In this document: positions 10,713-21,615 of the stretch, one piece after another
Numbering within the stretch: the first letter of the stretch is position 1
How the letters are laid out: the number at the start of each line of letters is the position of its first letter
Source of the DNA: Selaginella moellendorffii
Taxonomy: Eukaryota > Plantae > Lycopodiophyta
DNA length: 64,000 nucleotides
Direction: 5' to 3'
Assembly (NCBI RefSeq): GCF_000143415.4
Contig: NW_003314275.1
Location: 62,001 to 126,000, forward strand
Translations under genes and position numbers: made by a program
The notes under the pieces: model-generated
What the model was told of the DNA's origin: nothing
Databases searched by the model: none
What the model saw: the letters and a program-made list of their open reading frames with translations, nothing else

Positions 10713-13067
10713 TTATGCTTCTGTGCAATCGTCTTCCAGCTGCATCTCAAGGCTGTCTCCCTTGGACCACAAGGATCCCAGCTCGCCTCTTCGCCACCCT
10801 AGAGCAACGATTGTTCCTGGCGTGGCACAAAAGAGAAACCATCTCTCTCAAAATTTAGAACTTGTAAGCCATACCCAGAGTGCAAGGTACGATGTAGAGG
10901 AGGGCAGGTTGTCCATGCCCATGCATCACGTTCAATGCAACGTCCGTAAGAAACAAACCTGTACAATTTCCACATGACATTGTGTTCACAAAAGCCAGAG
11001 TATAATGGATGCTCACCCAGGCCATAGCCTATTATCGACCACAAAAAGTAACCTTCTCGCAAGCTTTTTCTAGTCACTGTGTCGAACCTGCAATGGTGTG
11101 TGTTAAAAAATGACCTCTTGTATTCCCCATACCTCAGAGCAAAGGATATTAAAAGCCCTGGAAGTAGTATATCACCAAAGCCTATGATACTGTATCCTCC
11201 CCAGGGGTCGTAAATCAGAGGTACTTTAAGGACCATTGGTATGCCTTCTCCAGCGGTTTTGTCACCCCGTGCAACCTGTGTGCATGGTTAACAATCCATG
11301 AAGATTTGCATCACATACATACCACTATCATAACACTTTGTTTGAAAATGAATGGGGAGATAAAAATCCAGAATATGTCGTAGAAGAAAGCGCATCCCAG
11401 AAGGACTGCCGACACCTGAGGATTCCACAGAGCTCTTAGATAGAGTGTGTGTGTGCAACAAGTACTCACCTTTATATTTGGAAGGTGCACAATCTGGAGA
11501 ACAGTGACAATGAGAGCAATGCCCTGCAAAAACGGAGAGCCTCACTTAGATACTCATGACTGGGTCAGTATGCCAATTGCACTCACTAGTATATCTTGAG
11601 CAATCCACGCAAAGTTTACATGCCGGTACACGGCCCACAGGACAGCGAAGGTGATGCAGAATGGTGACACAAGCATTGAGAGAACTGAGACGCTACCAAA
11701 GACGGGAAGGAGCACAAACTTTCGGCTTGTATGCGTAAACCACCTGGAATGGTTGAGCTAAGGCATATGTCAGGCACGAATCTAACTCACCTCGAAAGGA
11801 AAGCGACCAAGCAAGTTTGTAGCCCCTGTGCATACATAAGATGACGAAACTTTAGAACAAAGACACAAATTTACCTCTACTCCACCAAAACAGAAGATGA
11901 CGACCAGAAGCGTTAAGAACCATTTGGACATAAAAAAGTAGACGAGGATGAGGAACACCGAAGCAAAAACCGCAAACAGGACTGCCGACGTAACGGTGAC
12001 ATAGAGACCATTGCCGGCTGGAGTCGCGGCCACCGTGGAGGTGTGAGTAAGCGGAGCGTCTGGAGCGTCCTGCGTCCACCACCCAACCGGGAACTCAAAA
12101 ACTTAGTTTGCCCGCACACTGTGTACCTTTAGCCGTTTACAGCGCTCGTGAGCAGCCTCTTTTGCCTCCCAGGCAGACCAGAATGACGCGCAGAGGATAG
12201 TGCCCATGGCGATGAGCCACAGGCATACTTCGGCAACATCCACCAGGGGCCTTCCAGGCGAATCCATAATCACCCTGACTGGAACGAAAACATTGCAAAG
12301 TTGTGAAAACCATGTAGAGTTTTCACCTTTCTTGTTGGCCTCCAATGCACTCTGGAGGCTGTTGCCTGCAGACATGGGCAAAATGGCTGTGGGGATTTTG
12401 ATGTCCAAGGATGTGTCATTGTCGTAGCACACCATCTTGTAGAGCTCTGTTTTGTAACGTACCACCACCACCTTGTATGGTCAGGCACGAGTGAGAGTTC
12501 CAAGCCTTACCTTCCCTGTCGTTGAAGACGAGCAAGGCCACAGCGCCGGCAGACTGGGCAACTCGAGCCTTGGTGGTGAAGGAGCAGCCACCCCTCTGGA
12601 CCAGAGCAGCGCCTTCCAGCTGCACAAACCACAGCGCACCAACATTAACATTGCCTGAGGCCTGCGTCGGTACCACTTGCCCGCTGAGACGTGTTGACAC
12701 AGCCATCCGGTGAATCCAGCAGAGCCAGGGGCAGGAAGTGTTCTTCACGCCCCAGCGTCTTGAAGGAAGCTCCAAACCTGGCACTGATCCCCACATACTC
12801 CTTGGATTCCACCGCGTCAATCCAATTCCTCACCTTCACCTGCCATAACTCTAACACGCCTCACTACAAGCAAGCAAGCGCGGATCACGTTACCAATTCG
12901 AAGTTGTTGTCACAGCCCAGATGCTTGGGTGCATCCTCGTCATCGTGAGATACATCATTGTCTCCTCCTCCTCCGGTGGCGCCACATCTCGATATTAGCA
13001 CAAAGAGCACCACCACCAAGACACGAGCAGCTCCCAGCTTGTTACTGCCCGGCGAAGAGAGCGCCAT
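10713..13067 (-). CDS. SPPL: Signal peptide peptidase-like aspartyl protease (SPPL2/4 type) with PA domain, multi-exon
   Basis: Signal peptide; PA domain ([20 protein letters not shown]); YDIFW motif; [10 protein letters not shown] (GxGD); [10 protein letters not shown] (PALL). Confidence 0.93.
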
Positions 13068-13230
13068 TTCTCCGGCCCAAGCCCACTCACGCTCTCACTC
13101 TCTGTGAGTTAAGTTACCCGTCCACCTCCATCCAATGCTTGCTGTCGCCATAGCCGACCCCTCCGTGCCCGTCAACTGACGGGCGTGCCCATCACCGTAC
13201 GAGGTAAAAAAACATTCTTTAATCAGTAAG

Positions 13231-16200
13231 TTAAAACGCCTTTACAAGTTCGTTCTTCATGGCCAGGCCCAGGGGACGCAGCTCGGCTCCATCCTCCAAG
13301 CTCGATCCCGGGAGGAGAAGCGAGCGGGCGCCCACGAATGCGTACTCCCCAACGCTGTTGCTGCCAAAATGCACGTCGCCGCCGCCCTCGTACACGTGAC
13401 CAAAGAGTAGCGCGTCTCGCCCAATGCTGCTGCCGGTCTTGACGCTCAGGCGGTCCGGATTGAGAGCATACAGTGTGTCCATGTACACACCCACGGTGTC
13501 GATGCTCGCTCCCAGCTGCCGGAGGTAGCCTGTAGAGAGTGCCGAGCCTTTGGTGAGGTCGAGGAAGTAGCCGCACGCAACCGAGTTGACGCACTGCCAC
13601 ACCGTGTCCTGGAGGCTCCTCAATCCCCATAGCTCGCTCCTGCTCTTCTCCTGCACGCCCTTCCTTCCTCCAACCAGGATCCTCCTCGCTGAGATGCTGC
13701 CCAGGGACAAGACGAGAGCCGATACCATGTACGAGAGCAGGACGAGTGCCAGGAACAGCCAGTCGCTGCGGGGTGCTCGAGACGCGATCAACGCCGCCGG
13801 GAGGAGAGCTGCAAGCTGAGAGAGCCCGAGGAGAGTAGCGGGGGCCAACAGCTGCAAGAGTGGCTGCATGCTTCGAATCAAACCGAACTTGAGCCTCGTT
13901 TTGGCAGTGGCCGTCGCCGTCTTGCAGTTGGTTTCCGGCAGCACTGCCAGGTTGGGCGGAAGGCATCCGGATAGAGCAGGGCAACCGATGTTGCCGTCGT
14001 TGGAAATGTCATTGGCGAGAGGCACGTCTGAGTCTCTCAGGAGCGCTTTCCATGCACCGGGCAGCTCTGCTCCGTTCCTCACGTACTGAGCAATGTCGTA
14101 GGCCACCGACCTCCCGTGGTCTATGGACGCCGACTCCCGCAAGCTGGTTGCCGGGATCATGTCCAGGCTCGGCACACCGTTCCTGGGGTTGAACCTCATC
14201 GCCTCTGTCAGTGCGGGGTCGACAAGCTCGTCAAGGTGTATGGCGGCAACGTCCACATAAGGGAAAGCTTGCTCGTCCCACGCGCGGGTGCAGTCGATAG
14301 CGAGGTCCCTCTCGGCTAGGCTGTCGGGAACTGGGCGTAGCTGGAGCTGGAGCACGTAGTCCACGCCTTGCGGGGACGCAAGCCTCCGTGCAAAGTCGTC
14401 TCGCAGATAGCTGGGTGAACGCTCGTCTTTGTCTCGTCGAGGCAGCGCGCCGGTGTCCGGCGGGAGCACACCCTCCCGTGCAATCCGTCCTTCGTCAACC
14501 CCATATTGCGGATCCAGTGGCCTCATTCGGAACCTCACGTACCATTCTCGCTTGGGTGACGAAGCCGACTTGAAAAGCCTGGAAACGTTGGAGTAGTAGT
14601 GCAGCTCGGCATATGAGTTGCCCAGACGTAGAGAGTCCCACACTGCATCGCCTCTGTGCGGGGAGTCTTTCACAATCTCCTCCCTGCGCTTGCTGCTCGT
14701 CGTCAACCACGTAACAAAGTCGGCAATATTTCTGGCGTAGAAAGCCTGGCCAGTCTTGAGCGTGAGATCCACAAGTGACTCGTGAACCGAACTGTGGTCG
14801 TGCCTCAGGATTCGCAGCGAAGCACCGCGGGCATCTGGCCTGGCATCGTCGTCCGAGCTCAAGCTGTTGCTGTGCCTCACAACAACCGAATACGACTTCC
14901 CCTTGGAGAAGACATCGTGGCGGGGAAAGCTGCTGTCCAGGTCTTCCAGCACAGTGAGGCGTCCCTTGCCACATATCCCAGCCCTGTGGAAGTACCTCGA
15001 TTTGACGGAATGGCTCGTTTTGCCTATGTGAGCCGAGAGGTTGGCCACCGTCTTTCTGTATTCCGCGTCCATGGCCACAATCCTGCTGTCTTGCTCGTGA
15101 GCTACCGAGGCATGGTTGTAGACCATTGTTGGATTCTCTACGCCCAGGTACACACCACCCTGCTTCAGTGTAAAGCCGCTTGTTGCTACAGACAAGGCTC
15201 CCAGCCACGAGCTTTCCTCCATGCAGGAGCCAGGCATAAGCACGCTCTGTGCTCCAACCACGCAGCCTGTCCCGACGTCAAGCTTCGCGTAACAACCGTT
15301 GTCACTGGTGATGACTTTTGCAAAGTCGCCCAAATGAGATCCACTTCCCAGGTCCAGTAAATCTGGGTCCAGTATAAGGTTTTTTTTNNNNNNNNNNNNN
15401 NNNNNNNNNNNNNNNNNNNNNNNNNNNNNNNNNNNNNNNNNNNNNNNNNNNNNNNNNNNNNNNNNNNNNNNNNNNNNNNNNNNNNNNAAAAAGGAACAGA
15501 GTTTATTACGACGAGCAGTCAGCTGATTGGCCCGCACCACCTTTGTGGTCATGAAGCTTCCAACCAGTATCATTTCAGAAGCCAAGTCATCCAGCAGAGG
15601 CTGGCACCATAACCGATATAGGCACATCCCATGCACAGCACGAGCGCCAGCAGCTTCCCCTGAAGAGCAACGTATATCAAGTAGTCGACGATCGAGCTCG
15701 GGTCTTGAAACACTGAGAGCGGAATTGCAGCAGTCACGGCCCAAGGGAACGTTGACAAGAGCGATGACACTATATAGCCTGTTTGTGATTCCCTTGCTCC
15801 AGCCGGTAGGATACCGAGCTTGTCAACGAGCCACACAAAAACCACGTATCCGACCACCCCGGAGATCGCAGATACGAGGCTCACAACGTACAACCCGGCT
15901 GCTTGACACAATGTGTACAACATTGTGCTGTTCTTGTCCTGCAAAGACAAATGGTAAGAAGCCAAAAGAAATGAAAAGAAGCAATCACCTGTCGACGTGA
16001 GGGGTGAACTTTGGAAGAATCATCCTCAAGGTGACGAACTCCAAGCTGGCTGGTTCCATCAACCTTACCCAGTGGAGACACCGACGTGGCCCTCAGGGAT
16101 GCACCAAGGCCAATGAAAGAGTAGGGACCGATGGAACACCTCCGTCCTATTCTGATGGGCTTGAACTGGACAGCACCGGCTTTCACCTCGTGGCACTGCA

Positions 16201-19200
16201 GGGTTGCACCCTCTCCGATGGCAGCACCGTCACCCAGCACCACAAGCCAAGGGTCTGTAATATCTGTTGTCTCCAGCTCAACTCCGGATCCAATCTGTGC
16301 TCCCAGCAGACGGTACCACCAGTTGACAAAAACCGTTCCCCGCAACTGATTCGCTACTATCCTGGCCGATGCGAAATCCTGGAGCCTGTAGCATGTCCAC
16401 CACCTTACGAAGTTGAGCGACCACAGCGGGACTGTGGTCCGAAGATGAAGCACCGGAAGCAGGAAGCTCGTCCCAAGACTGGCTGCCAACGCCGTGGCTG
16501 CCATGTAGAGCAACCAGCACAAGGGAGCACAGAGCACCGTAGCAACAACAGGCCGGTCTGCAACCAGGGACGTGAACTGCCTCAGGATAAACGCTGCAGG
16601 GACGAGGAGCGTCCATGCCACGTAAATGATGCCCAGGAGCTGTAGAAAAGTGATGCACACTTGGCGTTGGAGCGATGGAAGAATGCCGGATTCCAGCTGA
16701 GAGTCCGTCACGATCTCGCCCTCAAAATCGTCATCTGTATAAGGTCCCCCGCGGCACGATGACAAGCTAGCTTTATCATCGATTTCAGTGCCCTGCTGCT
16801 GCTGCGTTACTACTGTCTTGCCGACGAGACCGTCCACCACGTCACACAGCTCAGATATGCAACCAGCAGTGTAGATGTCGATGGCCGCAACGTGAACTCC
16901 GAGAAAGTTGGATAGCTTCTGTGATGCCCACACCACCGCAACGGAATCAAGGCCGTAGTTTGCAAAGCTTTGGGACGGCGACAGCTTGGACATGTCGATG
17001 CCTGTCCGTTCGGAGATGATCTGGCAGATGAAGTTTGAGATCTCGGTCTTGCTCGGCCCCTTAGCCGAGACATCGGTTTCTGGTATCGCAGGTGGCACTA
17101 CTGGCTGCGAAGACGTAGAGGACTTAGTGGTGAGCACCAGGCTCTCGACTGAGTCGGCAAGCTCTGAGATGCAGCCGGCCGTGTAGATGTCTATAGCAGC
17201 AACGTGAACTCCCAAGAAAGATGAGAGCTTGTGAGCGGCCCACACGACAGAGCTCGAATCCAGTCCATAATCTGCGAAGCTTTTCGTGGAAAGGACTTGA
17301 GCCTGAGATAATCCCAACTTTTCAGCCAGGATCTCCGTCAGGAAGCTAGTAACCTCGGCTTTGCTACGAGCAACACTGGCAGCAGACGGTGGCGGCGTCG
17401 GTGGTATCACGCCAGGAGTCCCACTAAAAGTTCTCGACCTTCGAAGCCTTAGAATTTTCTTAGTCTTCTCAATCGTGGGACTTATGCTGTCTAGCCTGTC
17501 CTCAGTGAACTGCTTCAAACAGTCAAGCCTCCGTATCTTTCCCGATGAAGTTTTTGAGATCGTTCGCGGCTTGACGAGCCTCACCGAAGCGACACTCAAG
17601 CCATGCTCACTCGCAACCATAGAGGAAATGTGTGCAGTGAGCTGCTCGGGATCAACCTTTGATTCGTCTCGCACTTCTGCAACCACCACCACCCCAACTT
17701 CGTCCTCGTCACAAACTTTGATCCCTTTGGAGTGGAGGGCTCGTCCAGGCGCACCAAAAGCAGCACAGCATCCAGGCCTGAGTGATCCGGAGCATGCTTC
17801 CACGGTCTTTTCAATGTCGGACGGGTAGACGTTCCGGCCCCTGATGATAATCAAGTCCTTGATCCGCCCAGTCACAAACAGCATGCCTTTGACCACCCTT
17901 CCCAGGTCGCCAGTCCTGAGAAACCTGTTAGCTTCTTCACCGCCTTCTAACCTTGCATGAAAAGTGTCCTGACTGAGCCTCTCGTTTCCCCAGTAACCGG
18001 CACCATTGCTCGGACTTCCCACCCAAATCTCTCCCTCCACACCGTCTCCCACTTCCACGCCAGTCTCTGGATCTACGATCCTCACATCCACGTCCGGGTT
18101 GCCCCTGTCCACATACCCGCAGCAAACCTTGCCTTGCCAGTCCACAACTAAAGGCCTGCCCCGCCCCCATGCAACGCTGACGAACACACAGTTCTCGGCC
18201 AGTCCATAACCAGGAGCAACAACCTCTTCCTTGAGCCCCGAGCTTTCCATGGTCTTGAGAAATCTCTTGAGCGTGGAGCTTCTTACCGGCTCGGCACTGA
18301 CCATGAGGAACTTGAGGCACGAGAGCTGGTACGTGATGCCGGGTTGTTGGTTCATCTTGTTGACGACGAGATCAAACGCAAAGTTGGGTGCCGCGCTGTG
18401 CGTTGCCTCGTACTTGCTCATGGCCTCGAGCCACAACAAGGGCCTCCGGATGAAGTTCGTGGGCGACAAGAGAATGGCGGTGCCACCACTCACCAGCGCA
18501 GTGAAGAGGCCCCCGATGAGACCCATGTCGTGGTACTGCGGCAACCAGCTCACCAGCACCGTCCTGGACGTGCTCTTGTACCGCCGCCGCATCAGCTTCA
18601 CGTTGTGGATGAGAGCGGCGTGGGTGATGATGACGCCCTTGGGATCGCCAGTAGAGCCCGACGTGAACTGGAGGAAGCAGCATCTTTCACTCTCCTCGGC
18701 CTCCCCGCGACCCCTAAAGTAATCCTCGGCCTCTTTGTTTTGCTTGGAAACCCACAAGTCGGTGTGCATCCAGGGAAGCTTTGGCCACGACGGTCGGCCG
18801 CCGGACCTCGACAGCAAAGTGTCTCGGATTGCTGACGCGCGCACGGCGGTGTGGTAGGCGACTGTGGACAGGATGGCCTTGGCACCGCAGGCGGCTGCCA
18901 CATTCTCCACTTTGGCCAGCGCATGGGAAGAAGAAGAGGAGCTCCCTCGACTCGCGACGTCCGGAGGGATGAGGGGCACCGGCAACACCTATAGATAGCA
19001 CACGAAGGTAAGCAAACAAAGCTTTCTCCTCTAGATCTCCACGACTTACATTAGCGCGCAGGCAGCCAAAGAAGGCCTCGATGAATTCCAGGCCGGGGTT
19101 GTAGAGGAGAAGCACTCGGTCCCCGTCATGGAGCGTGACCTTGTGGGTGACGAGATTGTGGGCGATGGTGTTGGCGTTGTTGTGGAGCTGAGCGTAAGTC

Positions 19201-20959
19201 CTGGAGCCTGATTCGTCACCCTTGTCGTCCAGCCAGGTGTAGAGGACCTTGTCCCTCGCCACGCTGTGCTTGGCATAGAAGTGGAGGTAAGAATCCAGGC
19301 ATGGAAGGTCGGGAAATTCACCGCCCGTGGCCTCACTCGTCACCTCCAAGTCGCCACCCTCGGCTTCATCAAGCTTGATCGCTGCGCCCGTGATCAAGTT
19401 CTGCAAAGTTTGCTTAAAGCTTAGAAACGCAGAAGAAAAAGTTCCACCTTGACTTTTGCGGGCGTTCCAAAGTTCTTGGCGATGAGGTTCATCGCGTACG
19501 CCGCATTGCGCTCCGTGAGCTCGAAAGCAAACAGGCCTCCTACATAGTAAGTATCGTTGCATCCTTGTAGCGATTCAAGCCGGTCGTATAATCCAGATCT
19601 CATATCTGTGAAACCAGAAAGAAACATGTAATGCGGGGATAGAAAATTGTAGTGTGTGTTTACCTTGCGAGCCAATGTGGGGGAAGTAGTTCCATTTTCT
19701 TTGCAAGACAATGCGTTCCACAGTGCCACCAATACGTGCCACGTCCTGGAGCAACAGCGCGGTCATCATCTCCTGGCTGACTTGAGCAGTCCCATACGAC
19801 CAAAAGAGATAGATGTTGGTGTCGGCATAGAATTTTTGCATGGCCACCGGGTGACCAATCTCCTTTGCATCTTCAACATTGTCTTTGAAATAGTAAAATC
19901 CGGCCGGGAACTTGTTCTCGAATCCCGAGATCTCCAGAACTGTTGTGTAGTAGTCCATAGTCCGGACCCTGCTGAAGAGGCTGGCTTCTTCGTCTCCAAG
20001 TGTCATTAGCTCCGCGCCTGGTGGAGCAAAGGGTATCGCTCCCGAGATGACGATCTTGTCGAACTCGAGCTCCTCTGATTCCTCGCCCCCGTCCGAGCTT
20101 GAAGTGCAAACTGTGACTCCTCGGCCGGATCCTCGTCTCCGGATCTCCGTGACTCTGGTGTTCAATCGCACGCGAGGTAGCAGCCTCGCCACTCCTTGCC
20201 ACAAGCCGGTGTAGCCGCCCTTGATCCTGCAAACCTTCCCAAACATTGAGGTGCGAACGAACTCGTGCAAATACGCATAGGGGATATCCTGCTCGTGTGG
20301 GAAGCCATATCCAGAAGCCGTGTAACCAGTGGCAACAGCCTCTGGTATTCTTCCCATGCCGTGCTTGGCCGCAAATTCGGCTGCTGTCTCCGGTGCAAGG
20401 CTGCTAAGTGCGTGAACTCCAGTTTTACCAGTTGATGCTGCTTGTGCCTGATCAGAGACAATATCTATTATCAAAACCCTCGATGCATGGTTAAATCACC
20501 TGAAGGTCAAGAGTGATCTGGATCATGGAGATGTAGTCCCTGGCTATCCCAAGATCTTGGTACGTGCCAGTTTTGGAGTCGACAAGGCTGAGCTTGTGAG
20601 CCGCCATGTCTTCCATGCCAACTCTGGCCACTTGCGCGAGATGCTTGATGTTGGGAGCACTCTCCCGGGCAATCACCTGACCACCCAAGTCATACGGTCG
20701 CCCTGCCAACCGTGTCAAAATTTCACCAGTGATTGATTAGTGTTGAAGCATGTATATTACCTTGGATGTCCACGCTCTCACACATTCCTCCCACGGTGTG
20801 GTGCTTCTCAATAAGTGTGACTTGCTCATATCCCAGCTTCCACAGCGCATACGCTGCGGAGACACCGCTGGGTCCTCCCCCGACAACGCAGATCCTGCTG
20901 CTTCTTGAGAGCGACGGGTGAAGCTCCTCCAGCAGCTCATGGACTGCCGACGCTTCCAT
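13231..20959 (-). CDS. Multidomain NRPS/PKS-like megaenzyme (~2300 aa): FAD PUFA-isomerase/amine-oxidase-like domain, fatty acyl-AMP ligase (FAAL-like), two ACP/PP-binding domains, TM+LbH, TM+LbH, catalase-like (AOS-type) domain, TM+LbH
   Basis: Exons link by GT-AG introns. FAD domain: GGGPSG...EK...VGGMC. Adenylation: FLQFTSGSTGDPKG, WLPQYHDMGLIG, GYGLAE, FLRTGDLG, GRIKDLII, KTSSGKIRR. Carriers: two YGLDS motifs. Beta-helix: LGAQIG/LGASID hexapeptide repeats. Catalase fold: RYFHRAG...VRHSNS...DARG...RSVAY. An assembly gap and an apparent frameshift (~15573) lie inside the gene. Confidence 0.88.
15388..15487. other. Assembly gap (100 N)
   Basis: Run of N inside the megaenzyme gene. Confidence 1.
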
Positions 20960-21070
20960 CTTTCTCGATGGATCAATTCGCAACTAAAGTTGTAAATCAC
21001 ATATATCCACACAAGAGATCTCTCTAGAGCTGTGTGGTAAAGCTATAAGCCGGCTGGCTCGCTCGAGGAA

Positions 21071-21078
21071 TTTATATA
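21071..21078 (-). promoter_or_regulatory. Putative TATA box of the megaenzyme gene
   Basis: TATATAAA on the minus strand about 110 nt upstream of ATG 20959. Confidence 0.5.
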
Positions 21079-21615
21079 GCGCGTATGCAAGATCATAAAG
21101 GCAAACAAGGGGGAAGCGGCCAAGGGGACAACACCAAAAACAACGAGTCGTCGGCATTGGCGAGAGCATACACACTGAATATCTCTATTGCGATGCCGGG
21201 ATATATGAATATACCGGCCTTGTTTGTCCTGCGCTCACTAGGAATAAGAGATTCCAGGTGGAGGCATTTTTACCCCGTCTCTATACGCCAGAGTTGACAA
21301 AACCACATAGCCGAATTTCGAGCGACCAACATTGAGTGGACGAGAGAAAACGTATGAACTTTTAGCAGATAAAACAACCACAACGTTCACCACCCAGCCA
21401 AGATGCATCTATAGGCGAGAGATGAATGAAGATGCTCAGGTTTGCATCCAACAGGACTAATCCAAAGGTTGAGGTTATTTTAAACGAAAAGTGGCGATCG
21501 TGGATGGAATATGCCCATTGATGAGAAAAGCAAGGGATCACGGAGCTCCTGGTAAGGTACGAAGGAATGTAGGTCTTGCGCGGCACCAGGCGCCAGATCC
21601 ACACCCGCGCCCGCC

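Noticed and set aside
13231-20959. Bacterial contamination as the source of the NRPS-like gene
   Set aside because: The gene has spliceosomal GT-AG introns and a TATA box, and is contiguous with typical plant genes on both sides.
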